Positions 23,946 through 36,398 of a stretch of 49,363 nt of DNA are shown here, piece after piece; position 1 is the stretch's first letter, and the number at the start of each line of letters is the position of its first letter. The translations under genes were made by a program, and so were the position numbers. The stretch is from NCBI RefSeq assembly GCF_001194135.2, contig NC_068984.1:79788995-79838357 (forward strand). The letters run 5' to 3'. Below the pieces are notes generated by a model, which worked only from the letters and a program-made list of their open reading frames with translations, ran no database searches and had not been told where the DNA came from. The stretch is from Octopus bimaculoides (Eukaryota).

Positions 23946-24260
23946 ACTATGGAACAAAGTCAAAAGCATAATCTATCAAACAGACAACATTGATATCACA
24001 TTGATATAATAAGACATTGACTGATAAACTATGGAATGAAGTAGAAGACATAGCCTATTATGCACAACATTTATATTATTTGTAAGACAATTAACTGATA
24101 AACTATGGAATGAAATCATAGACAAAATCTGTTATGGATACAACATTTATTTGTCGGACAGTTGACTGATGATAAACTATGGAATAAAATTGAAGATATA
24201 ATCTAATATAAACACAGCATTTATGTTGTGTATTTTATTCATCAGATAACTGACTGATAA
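23946..24260. repeat. Degenerate minisatellite, ~74-bp period, 4 units
   Basis: actatggaa at 23946, 24028, 24102 and 24176; conserved core actgataaactatggaa. Confidence 0.8.
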
Positions 24261-24309
24261 ATAAATATTCTAAATTATTTATGATGTTTGTGTGTGTGTG
24301 TATGTGTAA

Positions 24310-24670
24310 AGAAGTTTGGTTTTCAGCCATCTGGTCTTTGGTTCAGTCTTACTGCATGGCATCTTGAGAAAATGTCTTTTACATGGGTTGACCAGTTGAT
24401 ATGGTAGATAGAAACTGAAAAAAGCCTTTCATATTTGTATGTGATTGTGTATGTGCACCTTGTCTTGACATCATGTGATGATTGCAAATGAGCAGCACTG
24501 TGATACAAACAATTTTATTCATTTCCTTCCCATCTTCCATGGAGAAATATTACTATGCTTGGAAACAGGTGAGGGTTGGTGATATAAAGGGCATCCATTT
24601 GTAGAAAATCTGCCTCAATAAATTCTGTTTGACCCATGCAAGCATGGTAAAATGAATGTTAAATGATGAT
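24310..24670 (+). mobile_element. tRNA/CORE-like SINE with RTE-type 3' end
   Basis: Head ggttcagtcttactgcatggcatcttg; tail agggcatcc..gtagaaaa..cccatgcaagcatgg..gttaaatgatgat. Same family at 45420 and 36051. Confidence 0.7.
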
Positions 24671-24779
24671 TATTCAAATCCATAGCTCAATGTAGCAACC
24701 TACTGTACTTCAATCACTGGAAAAGAGTGTTCAAATGTTAGAATAAGCACTTTTCTTTATGAAAATATAGGATGTCATG

Positions 24780-24900
24780 ATCATGATCATCATTGTTTAA
24801 CGTTTGTTTTTCATGCTGGCATGGGTTGGACAGTTTGACAGGAACTGGCCAGCTAAAGAGCTGTCCAAACTCCAATTGTCTGTTTTGGCAGTTTCTACAC
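24780..24900 (-). mobile_element. Diverged RTE-type 3' end
   Basis: catcattgtttaacg..catgctggcatgggttggacagtttgac resembles the reverse complement of the RTE tail. Confidence 0.6.
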
Positions 24901-25629
24901 CAAAATAGACAACTGGAGTTGGACAGAGCATATTAAGAATTGTAAAAGTATTATAACTATAGTCATACCATTGTAGAAAAATTTTGGATATCGATTATGT
25001 TGTAAAGTTTGTCCCATTTTAAAGATCTTTTACTATTTGATGCAAAAATATAAATGATATATAACAACTCTCAAGGCTCAAGTCTTGCTCAAATGAACTT
25101 TACATCAAAGCAAGACTCAAACTCTTGAGAAAAAAAATATATTAACAGAGGCAATATTAGTATGGAGAGGTAATATTTATAAACTTAAGAAAGAAACATA
25201 ATTTCAAAAAAAAAAATTTATTTTGTAACTCTATATAAACTTCCAACACCCTTAAAGTTTTCAAAATATCAATCGAATTTCCATGGTTGCTGCTGGCATA
25301 AACCATTTAAGTCATTACCACTGCTTTTCTACTGATAGGATATCAGAATCATTTTTACCATCTTTTCCACCCATTTTGGTCTTGGATTTTCTTTAAGAAC
25401 TCAGGCTGTGACTGGTCTGGTATAAAATTAAATATTGTTGTAAGTGCTATGCATGTGTTTCAGTGTGCTTGGTAATCCCTGTGGCACTCTCAGGACATGG
25501 GTGCTATTGGGTCTCAAAGGGCTCAACCACCTTTCACAGATTTCATTTTGTTTTATACTGCTGAGTGTTTGCACACCCTCCCCACTGGGCAGGCTCAGAA
25601 GGGAGCTGTGTTAGTTGCTGACACACAGA

Positions 25630-25750
25630 TTTTATTTCCCAGATTCATTCACAAGGCATTAGTCAACCCAGGACTAGTGCAAAAGATACTTGCCCAAGTT
25701 GCCACACAAAGAGATTGAACCTGAAACCACATGAATGAGCAGCGTTCTTG
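25630..25750 (-). mobile_element. Degenerate tRNA/CORE-like SINE
   Basis: attcattcacaaggc..gatacttgcccaag..gattgaacctgaaacc aligns to the 12346 family. Confidence 0.55.
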
Positions 25751-27699
25751 CACTTATGTGTATTCTTAAATCACTAACGTTTCCATTATAATTTTTGCAA
25801 TTATTGAATAAGTTTAACTTATATTTTTCTAAAGTCTTAGAAGTTCCATTTTTGTACTGTTACTTTCACTTCTGGAACTTCTCATCTCTCTCTCTCTTCT
25901 CTGGTTTCTTATAAGTGTGTTCTAATGAAATGTACTTAGCTAAATATATATTCATATTTATATTCAATATATATTCATATGAATATCTTTCACAACATAT
26001 GTGTGTGTGTGAGGCTGCTCTTGAGTGCTACTGGTAACATGTAACCCAGTACAACCTTCTGCATGGCCAGGTTGCCGGTGACTAAACTGACAACCCCATT
26101 GAGCTTGCTTGATGAGGAAAGTGTTTGTTGGACACCCTGCAGGACAAAAAACAAAACCTGTCAAAGGGTGGAGGAACTCATGAATAGTCAATCGTCACTC
26201 AATAAAATATGTGTACATATGTATATATTGCTTTATATATCTTATTTATATTCTTAAATCTTAAATATTTTCACTTCATTTTCCCTTTTTTGTATATTTA
26301 TATATATATATATGGGACAGATGGGGCTCCTTAGCCATGGTGAGGGCAACCCATCTAGATGAAGGAAAGTTCTGATATAAAATCAGATTTGTGGTTGCTG
26401 ACAGTCCCCTTAGTTGATATGCACTATCAGCATCTACTTACTCATAGGGCAGTCTGGGCTCTGTAGCTTTTGAGCAACTAGATTAAGAGGAGGCTACTCT
26501 GATCTCAAACCTGCAATCAATTTAGCATCTGACACATGGCACACTGTGCACCAGTACAGGTATATGCTCTTTTTTTTTTCATTACAATCTTTAATTTTTG
26601 ATAAAGATTTTAAAATGTTTGTTTAAATAAACCCATTTCAAGAAAGTATCAGGTGGGCCACAAGTTAAATGTTTGTGTCCTGTAGGCCTCAGGTTGGCCA
26701 GCCCTGGTCTGGAAGATGACTTTGGAGTCATGTAGTTGCAAGTCTATATCCATAGCGCGGTCACCGTTAGATGGTGTTTCTGTAATATTACTTGGTTATC
26801 CAATGCCTTGATGTGTGAAATTTGGTAAATGGAGATTGGAAGAAACCCATTGTGTGTGTATGTGTGTGTGTACAAATATACACTCACACCACTGTACACA
26901 TGCACATATACATACATGCATATACATATATGTGTGTGGTGTGTTTTTGTGTGTATAAATATATGCATATACATGTATATGTGTGTGGGGAGATGCAAGA
27001 CATCTGGAGTACTCGGCACTTTTCTTTGTGTATCTCTAAGTAATGGCTGTGAAAATTATTAAATGCTCTACATGACACATTGAGTATTTTTTTTCTTTGC
27101 TTATACATCAATCTACTTTTGTATGTATGTATGTATGTGTGTGTGTGTGTGTGTGTATTTATGCATATATGTATATATATACATACGCACACATACGCAC
27201 ACATGTTAAACTAATAAATTTGCTAAAACTTGCCCCTCTCATGTCTTCTCTTTATGTTCATTTTCTAATACATACATGTATACACACATAATATATATAA
27301 TATATATATATATATATATACACATACACACACATACACACACATACATACATATGTATACACATACCTATATATAAATGCAGAGAAATAGAGGAGTGAG
27401 ATACAGTCATTCATATATTGTTCACTTTTACATCCATTTTCTCATGCTAGCATGAGGATGAAAGATAGCATGTGTATGCATACACACACATACATACACA
27501 CACATACACACATGTACATAAATCCCCACCATCACCAGTCATGCATACATTTGCAGAGACGGTTATTTTCTATCAATGTCCAAATTACTTACTCATAATA
27601 GGGAAACAAAAAAATAAGTCCCAAGATAACGCAGTCACCTTCTCTCAATTACATATCAGAAGAGATAGAGAACATCAGAAAGAACATTCTTTCAATTCA

Positions 27700-27765
<66 letters not shown>

Positions 27766-28204
27766 CATTATTGTTATTGTTATTATTATCATTTGTTGCC
27801 AACCTCTTGTTTTTGCTCTTAATTTTTTACTTCTGCTTCTACTGTGAAAATTGAAAGTTTAATTAAATTAACTAAAGAAGAACAGGTGCACACGGAAGGG
27901 TGTTTGTTATCAGAGATATCTTTCATTTTACTTTGCCATTANNNNNNNNNNNNNNNNNNNNNNNNNNNNNNNNNNNNNNNNNNNNNNNNNNNNNNNNNNN
28001 NNNNNNNNNNNNNNNNNNNNNNNNNNNNNNNNNNNNNNNNNNNNNNNNNNNNNNNNNNNNNNNNNNNNNNNNNNNNNNNNNNNNNNNNNNNNNNNNNNNN
28101 NNNNNNNNNNNNNNNNNNNNNNNNNNNNNNNNNNNNNNNNNNNNNNNNNNNNNNNNNNNNNNNNNNNNNNNNNNNNNNNNNNNNNNNNNNNNNNNNNNTA
28201 TATA

Positions 28205-28838
28205 TATACTACATATGTGGGAAATTCTCTGTGTGTGTTTGTGGAGTTGTTAGCTAATTCCTCCTACATCGTTTTATTGATTTTGATGAAACTTGACACA
28301 TGAGTAGAACTCATGTCTGGAAACGTCATGGCATACTCAGATTGTTGAAAAAATCGATAATAGACACCCTGGAAGGGAGCTTTATATATATCTAATATAT
28401 TTTATTTTAAAAACCAAGGTAAATAATCCATTCGCCCCTAGAAGGAATCCTTATGTATAGCCAAGGGAAATAACCCATTCATTTTCCTAAATTATTTGGT
28501 AAAAATGAAATTGAGTATGCTTATTTCTTAGAATTTGAACTGTTAGAGTTATTTTCGCAATTTATCTAGTACAACCCTTTAAACAAGTAAATAGTATTTT
28601 CTTAAACAATAGATCCACTTATTTTGGTTTATCACTTATTCACGAATATACCAACACTAGCATCCCTGGGGGTAATAGTCTCTGGGGATGCACAAAGCCC
28701 TTTTCAGAGTTATTTACTTTGAACTGTTATTATCTCATATCTGATTGGCCTGTTATTACGCAACATGCTTTACGATTTTAGTATACATACTTTATTAGTA
28801 TTTCCTCCTATGTTCTATATACTCTGAGAACACATTAA
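28205..28838 (+). mobile_element. Second, 3'-truncated copy of the Helitron-like element
   Basis: Colinear with 7580-8215. Confidence 0.7.
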
Positions 28839-28839
28839 C

Positions 28840-30048
28840 TTAAATATGTTTTAACCAAAGATGGGATCCTTTTCCTCTTTGATCTGTTTTGGGACAATGT
28901 TAAATAGGGTAGGGCCTGTTGAGGAAAAGAAATTGTGTTGCAGTGTATTTATGTGCTGTGATCCTGAACAGGGTAGGGACATATGGTCCATGGTTCTAAC
29001 TTTGGACAAATTTTGAAGCTAATGTTGAGGTCGTTTGGGAAATGCTGGTGGTATATTCTCCACATCGTGCAAATGATGTATCGTGCATGGTGGCGCTGGG
29101 AAGAATAGAGTTTCAATGCTTCAATGTAGTCCCAATAATTGAGATCAGTCAGGCCCTTAATTCTTTTAGTGAATGATCTCTGGGGTGATTCAATTTTCCA
29201 AATGTTTTATTTGTATGGGGAGACCACAGGGGGCAGCAGTATTCAAGATGTATAAAGGAAGCGAAAAGAAGAATGAGACACCTTGTTCTCTGGATCGGAA
29301 GCTTCTTAGGATACAGGAACTCATCTTATGAGCTATATCGACCATGTTGCTGATGTGAGCACTCCAGCTGAGATTGTTGTCAACGATTACTCCTAGGTCT
29401 TTGATATTATTAGATGCTATGAGTGGTTCCCCTGATGGAAGAGAGTATGGCTGTTTTAGCATAGTATTTTTATCGAAATGGATCAGCTCAAATTTTCCCT
29501 CGTTTAGTAGCATTTTGTTTTTGTCTGCCCATTGACTCATAGCATATAGATCAGTCATCTCTATTGATGATTTTCTGGAACTTGGAGTCATCAATGAATA
29601 TTTTCACTTTGCTGTGTTTTATGACACTGGAAAAGTTGTTTATATAGACTATAAAGAGAAGTGGGATCAAGACAGCCCCCTGAGGCAACTTTTGCTGAGC
29701 TTGAGTGAATTCCATCGATCACATTTTGTGTTCTGTTCCCCAGGAAATACTCAATCCCATGTAATAGTTTTCCACAGATTCCAACATTTGACAATTTTGA
29801 CAGTAGGATATTGTGGTCAACTCTGTTGAATGCTTTACTGAATATATGACATCAGAATTTGAATCTGATCTCAAGGCTTCAAGGACATCATCATTGTAGT
29901 GTAAAAGCTGTTTTAGACAGTCCCAGCTGTAGCAAAAGCCATGCTGGTTTGAATTTAGGAGATTGTGGCTCTCTAGGAAGCCAGCTATTATTCATCTCAC
30001 CACCCTTTCAAACACTTTAATGATATGAGAGGTCAGTGAGACTAGGTG

Positions 30049-30050
<2 letters not shown>
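28840..30050 (-). mobile_element. Decayed CR1-group LINE reverse transcriptase fragment
   Basis: Across frameshifts: FSKAFNRVDHNILLSKL, FLGNRTQNV, QWADKNKMLLNEGKFELIHF, KDLGVIVDNNLSWSAHI, ESPQRSFTKRIKGL, GPTLFNIVP. Confidence 0.9.
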
Positions 30051-30103
<53 letters not shown>

Positions 30104-30108
30104 TAAAT

Positions 30109-30140
<32 letters not shown>

Positions 30141-30672
30141 CTGGTAATTTTCTTATTTTGTTTTTGTACTTGGTTTGTAAGCTTCTTGATGCTTGATGTG
30201 AAATCGTTTGATTAAACCAATTTTGTTGTATCTTGAGAGGGCCAAAATGCCAATAATAAACATATGCACTGGTTCTATTTCACTTCTTTTATCCTTATTA
30301 ATCAACTAGGCAACCATTTACGTTATTAATGAATAAATTTCTTCATTTATTGTTTGATCAATCAATCAAGCTGTTGTGTTTGTGAAAATCCTTTTATCAC
30401 CAATTCATGATCTCATAAATGAAATGCCTTCTCTACTCCCACTCTGCTTCAGATCTTTGACAAATCTAGCTGCTTGACTGACCAAACAATTAATCGATCT
30501 GTATATTAGTTAATTGGTTAGATAGTTAACTAGCTGACAAATAACAATAAAAGAAGTAAAATAGACTCAGTGTATGTGTTTATTATTGCAATAATGGCCC
30601 TCCCATAATACAACAAAATTTAGTAAAGTTCTTAGTCTTAGCTAAGTTTTACTTCATTGCTATATAGAGATT

Positions 30673-31046
30673 GTGGAGGTGCAATGGCCCAATGGTTAGG
30701 GCAGTGGACTCGCGGTCATAGGATCACGGTTTCGATTCCCAGCCCGGGCGTTGTGAGTGTTTGAGCGAAAACACCTAAAGCTCTATGAGGCTCCGGGAGG
30801 GGATGGTGGCAAACCCTGCTGTACTCTTCCACCACAACTTTCTCTCAGTCTTACTTCCTGTTTCTGTTGTGCCTGTATTTCAAAGGGTCAGCCTTGTCAC
30901 ACTGTCATGCTGAATATTCCCGAGAACTACATTAAGGGTACACGTGTCTGTGGAGTGCTCAGCCACTTGCACGTTAATTTCACGAGCAGGCTGTTCTGTT
31001 GATCGGATCAACTGGAACCCTCGACGTCGTAAGCGATGGAGTGCCA
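30673..31046 (+). mobile_element. Full-length tRNA-derived SINE
   Basis: A-box tggcccaatgg and B-box-like ggtttcgattcc; near-identical copy at 42833-43212 (-). Confidence 0.9.
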
Positions 31047-32301
31047 ACAACAACAATATAGAGATACAACAGCCAAATCTGTTCCAAATTATGTCTTACT
31101 GTTTTTTTTTTAATGGATACATTGGATAGTGTTCTCCAAGCTGGACTGTGCCTGGACAAAGTTGTAGTGGATATAGCTGGAATACCTTTGATCAGAGGCA
31201 AGCTAGTGCTAAACAAGTACAGCAACAACAGCATATATTAACTTGACAGATTGTTGACTATATGGTAGTTATTGTGTGACATTCTTTTGCCATCAAATAA
31301 AAATTTTAAAAAACACACAACGTTCGCAGACATCAACATGAATATTACATTATGATTTGGCAGAAATTCTTGATGTTCAAATGGTAATCATTTTAACCAA
31401 AATTCTTTCTTTTGTAGTCATAATAATTCCACCATTACCTTGCAGTTATAGTCTAACATAATTATTTCAAAAAATCATATCCTTCGAAAGTTATATAAAT
31501 ATATACCTCACAGGAACAAACATCTGTGTAGTTAAGTTTAGATTTACAGACTTATATCATTTCTCTATCTTCTCCTCTCTCTCTCTTTTTCTCTTCTGTT
31601 TAAGCATTCATATCCACAGATAATAATCCGATTTACACGTAGTCCAATGCTGATTTTTAGTTTTTTGATTTTGTTTTTTATCATTTTATCTACAAGATTT
31701 TGGTCTGTTATATCTGAATTTATGGTGACTATTTTTCCTTCAAAAATGGAAATCCGTTAAAAAAAAAAAATACCAAAATATAAAAGAATAAACTGCATTT
31801 TTATTTTATTTTTTTTGCTATCAGTACAATCTAGATGTTATTTCTAATCCTTTTACTTTATAGTGTGACAAAATGCAAGCGAAAGTGAATAAACTGTATT
31901 TATATATTTATTTTATTTGATTTTTGTTTTTATTTCTCTTTTTTTATTTTTTTTATTTTAACCAGCCATTCCTCAGTCTCCAGATTATCCAAAAATTTAT
32001 TTTATATTTTTTGTTTCCATGGAAATGAATAAAAATTCACAAAAGAAATGCGAAATTTCCAAGAAATATCTTTTATTAAATAATATCATTTTTTGTGTGT
32101 GCATAAGTTTTGTAAGTTTAATACTTGCTTAGGTGCAAAGGAAAAGAAAAAAAATTATTCAGAATTTACCAATATTGTAATTGCAAAGGTATTGTCTGGT
32201 TCCAGTGCTTTCTTGGAGATAAATACTTTCGTTTATGACACAAGGTAGTGGCCCATCAGTTTTTTGGAAAACATTAATTCAGGAATTTGAATCTTTGTTG
32301 T

Positions 32302-32940
32302 TGGTGGTGTTGGCAGAATTATTAGCACACTGGGCAAAATACTTCACAGCATTTCATCCATCTTTAGATTCTGAATTCAAATTCCACCAAAGGTGACTTT
32401 GTCTTTCATCCTTTTGGAGTTGATAAAATAAGCAACTGTTATGCACTGGTTGGGCAGTGGGGTATAATAAACTTATCCCCTCCCCCAAATTTCAGGCCCT
32501 GTGCCTGTAGTAGAAAGAATTATTTATTGGCAGAATGGTTACTGTTTACTAGTTCTTTACATTCTGAGTTCAGATCCCAATGAAATGAACTCTGTTTTCC
32601 CTCCCTCTTAGGTTGATAAAATAAAGTAATAATCTAATACTGTGTATTAGATTAGTAAATAACTTTTCCTCTCAAAACTGCTAGTTTATACCTAAATCAG
32701 AAACCATTATGATTATTTATAAGATGGTCAGCAGGCAGAATAGTTGAAACACTGAAAAAATACACATTGCTGTGTATTTTCTGGCTTTATGGGTTCAAAT
32801 CCCATCAAGATCAGCTTTACATTTTATTCTTTCAGCATTAGTAGAATAAAGTACCAGTGAAACCCCTGAGGCAATGTAATCAACTAGTTCCCTCCCTCGA
32901 ATTCCGAGTCTTGTGCCTCCAGTAGAAAGGATTATTATTA
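32302..32940 (+). mobile_element. Three tandem, diverged Meta/MESC-like SINE copies
   Basis: ggcagaa heads at ~32311, 32529 and 32734; each unit has gttcaaatcc-like and gataaaataa-like segments and ends in ATT-rich sequence. Confidence 0.7.
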
Positions 32941-33691
32941 TCTATAATGTTCTCCCCCATTCACTTGTTTTTATGTCATTCTCTAACACCATCAATGAAC
33001 TATTGTGTATCATATTTGCATGAGCACAAATATGTTGAAAGTGTTTATATATATATATATATATATTTTCTAATGTTTTTCTAAGGAATTCTTGCATTCA
33101 AGAAAAAACACACACATCTGAGTTTGTTGTAAGTTAATCTTCACGTAGAAATGTGACTTCCTTTTGGNNNNNNNNNNNNNNNNNNNNNNNNNNNNNNNNN
33201 NNNNNNNNNNNNNNNNNNNNNNNNNNNNNNNNNNNNNNNNNNNNNNNNNNNNNNNNNNNNNNNNNNNNNNNNNNNNNNNNNNNNNNNNNNNNNNNNNNNN
33301 NNNNNNNNNNNNNNNNNNNNNNNNNNNNNNNNNNNNNNNNNNNNNNNNNNNNNNNNNNNNNNNNNNNNNNNNNNNNNNNNNNNNNNNNNNNNNNNNNNNN
33401 NNNNNNNNNNNNNNNNNNNNNNNNNNNNNNNNNNNNNNNNNNNNNNNNNNNNNNNNNNNNNNNNNNNNNNNNNNNNNNNNNNNNNNNNNNNNNNNNNNNN
33501 NNNNNNNNNNNNNNNNNNNNNNNNNNNNNNNNNNNNNNNNNNNNNNNNNNNNNNNNNNNNNNNNNNNNNNNNNNNNNNNNNNNNNNNNNNNNNNNNNNNN
33601 NNNNNNNNNNNNNNNNNNNNNNNNNNNNNNNNNNNNNNNNNNNNNNNNNNNNNNNNNNNNNNNNNNNNNNNNNNNNNNNNNNNNNNNNNNN

Positions 33692-33780
33692 GCCATCCGG
33701 TTTCACCAGTCCTCAATCAAATCGTCCAACCCATGCTAGCATGGAAAGCGGACGTTAAACGATGATGATGATGATGATGA
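33692..33780 (+). mobile_element. RTE 3' end with (GAT)n tail (5' part in gap)
   Basis: gccatccggtttcaccagtcctc..ggacgttaaacgatgatgat. Confidence 0.9.
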
Positions 33781-33860
33781 TTATTATTATTATTATTACT
33801 ATTATTATTATTATTATTATTATTATTATCATTATTATTATTATTGTCATTATTATTATT

Positions 33861-34402
33861 GAGTGAGAGAGTAGTGAATGCCATCAAAGTGACACTGGGG
33901 TGAAATATACGAAGCCCAGTATACCTATCATGACTATCTGTCTGATAAGGGTACACCGGGCACATGCATCACAACCATATGTGCTCGACATAGTGATCTC
34001 ATATCAAGATAAACTGCACATGACCTTGCCGGTGGGGCCCAATTAGAATTTTCTTCATGTTGAGTGGCTCATCCTGCTCAAATGGTTCCTGAATAAAGGT
34101 TGTTTAAGGATGATAAACAAAACAACCATGTTTCAAGGGATGAATTATTCAAACCCTAATAATTCTTCTCAACACATGACTATGATGCTCCCCAACTACT
34201 TCTGCTCATGAACAGAGATGCACATATTGTTAGCCACCAAGGGACATGCTCAACTGGTTAAGGTCAAGCAAATGATAAGAAAATCTGCTGTATTTAGCAG
34301 AATATTTGCTGTAGCCCATCTTTTATACCAAGACATGATAGCACTTCCAATCCGTTAAGATCAGAAGCCATGAGAGCCACTGCCTGATACTGTATCAGGA
34401 CA
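33861..34402. mobile_element. ~540-bp non-coding insert flanked by (TTA)n on both sides
   Basis: Complex sequence sharply bounded by microsatellite. No ORF and no obvious tRNA head. Confidence 0.5.
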
Positions 34403-34433
34403 TTTATTATTATTATAATAAATAATAATAGTA

Positions 34434-34466
<33 letters not shown>

Positions 34467-34467
<1 letters not shown>

Positions 34468-34799
34468 CTTCATTTGCACAGAGATGTTCTTGTTAACACT
34501 TGATTGTGTAACTGACATCCTATCAAGTTGTGTAATCTCAGATAGACAGTACGTTCTGCAGCTTATTTACTATTCCCTTAAGTGTTGTCTTTTGCAATGT
34601 TGTAATGCTGGGACAGTTTTCAGTTGTGTCAAGACGTTTCTGAAGTCTTTTCATCGGCACCCCAAATGCTCCAATCACAACTGGTACCACTCTTGATTTC
34701 ATATTCCACATTCTCTCAACAGCAATTCTCAATGATGCATATATTAAGATTTTCTCATTTTCTTTATCATTGATGACCTCCTGGGCAAACTACATCAAT
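34467..34799 (-). mobile_element. RLE-type retroelement C-terminus and 3' UTR
   Basis: IDVVCP..LRIAVERMWNMKSRVVPVVIGAFG..ITTLQKTTLKGIVNKLQNVLSI*; (TAA)n tail at ~34403-34466. Confidence 0.75.
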
Positions 34800-35088
34800 N
34801 NNNNNNNNNNNNNNNNNNNNNNNNNNNNNNNNNNNNNNNNNNNNNNNNNNNNNNNNNNNNNNNNNNNNNNNNNNNNNNNNNNNNNNNNNNNNNNNNNNNN
34901 NNNNNNNNNNNNNNNNNNNNNNNNNNNNNNNNNNNNNNNNNNNNNNNNNNNNNNNNNNNNNNNNNNNNNNNNNNNNNNNNNNNNNNNNNNNNNNNNNNNN
35001 NNNNNNNNNNNNNNNNNNNNNNNNNNNNNNNNNNNNNNNNNNNNNNNNNNNNNNNNNNNNNNNNNNNNNNNNNNNNNNNNTATTATTA

Positions 35089-35138
<50 letters not shown>

Positions 35139-35140
<2 letters not shown>

Positions 35141-35572
35141 TTTTAATCTGCATCTTCGTTATAGTCACTTGCTGAGACACACCCAGCACTCTGGGGTGAG
35201 TGAAGGATAAGTGATGGGACAATTTGACTGAAAGCTTGGGAAGGGGAGGTAGTGAAATATCTTCAAGTAATATGACACAGTCATTTAAATGGATAGGGTT
35301 TTTCTAAGGATGTGGACAGTACTTGTCAGCACAACTTTTTGGATTTCTTTGAAACATGGTTCTCCCGGAATCGTATCTACATGTTTTTGAGATCCCTTTT
35401 TTTATCATACCTAGGGCACCCACAATAGTAGGAACAGTTCTTATTTTAAGATGCCATGTCTTTTGTATTTCAATTTCCAGGTCCTTTTATTTACTTAGTT
35501 TGTCAAATTCCTTCACAGATATATTTTTATCAGTGGGGACACTTACATCTGTAAATGTACAAGTATTTTCTA
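35139..35572 (-). mobile_element. RLE-type retroelement C-terminus and 3' UTR, 5'-truncated
   Basis: DVSVPTDKNISVKEFDKLSK*KDLEIEIQKTWHLKIRTVPTIVGALGMIKKG..EIQKVVLTSTVHILRKTLSI*; (TAA)n on both sides. Confidence 0.85.
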
Positions 35573-36050
35573 TATTATTATTGTTATTGTTGTTGTCGTT
35601 ATCTACAGAGTGTGGTGGATGGGCTTCTTCCAGTTTCTGTCAAATAAATACAATCATAAGTTTTTCTTACCCAAGGTTACATTCACTGGGACTGAACCAG
35701 AAGCCATATAATTGGAAAGTGAACCTCTTAACCACACAACCAATACAGTTATATATTTGAGTGTATGTGTGAAAATGTTGTGTAAAAAAGTAGAGGCCAT
35801 ATTTAAAGTAAGTCACTAGGACTTGCCCATGCAGCATACAGGCTCTCCAAGTGCAAGTGGTTGATATTAAGTAGGACTGTAATTCTTAACTGAGAGGAAA
35901 ACATTCTTTATCATTAATTACACTGCTTTTGCTAAATTGATTTTCATTAAAACTGATTTTTACGTTATTAGTGATGTTAAATTAATATCACATCCTTTAT
36001 TATAAGGATACTAATTATGTTTAATTAAAGTAATATTGATCATGGTGATC

Positions 36051-36167
36051 TCATCATCATTGTTTTAATATTTGCTTTTCCATGCTTGTATGGGTCAGAT
36101 GAAATTAAATGAGGTAGATTTTCTGACTGGGTGTTTTCTTGTTATCAGCACTCATCTGCTTCCAAAC
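36051..36167 (-). mobile_element. 3' part of the SINE with RTE-type tail
   Basis: tcatcatcattgttttaa..ttttccatgcttgtatgggtcaga matches the 24310 and 45420 tails. Confidence 0.6.
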
Positions 36168-36190
36168 AATTAAATATTTCCTCTAGTCAA

Positions 36191-36398
36191 GGTGGCAAGC
36201 TGGTAGAATCATTAGCATGGCAGGCAAACTGCTCAGCAGCATTTTATCTGTCTTTCCATTCTGAGTTCAAATTCTGCCATGGTCGACTTTGCTTTTCATC
36301 TTTTTGGGGTCAATAAAATAAGTACCAGTTGAGCACTGGGATTGATGTAATCAACCTCTACCTCCCCCAGAACTTGCTAGCCTTGTGTTAAAATTTGA
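36191..36398 (+). mobile_element. Meta/MESC-like tRNA SINE
   Basis: ggtggcaagctggtagaatcattagc..gagttcaaattc..gtcgactttgcttttcatc. Confidence 0.85.

Noticed and set aside
23946-24260. CRISPR-like repeat/spacer appearance
   Set aside because: Spacers are homologous to each other, the context is eukaryotic and there are no cas genes; it is a minisatellite.
30673-30745. Possible tRNA gene (also other A/B-box heads)
   Set aside because: Heads continue into multi-copy SINE bodies and no intact cloverleaf with acceptor stem is evident.
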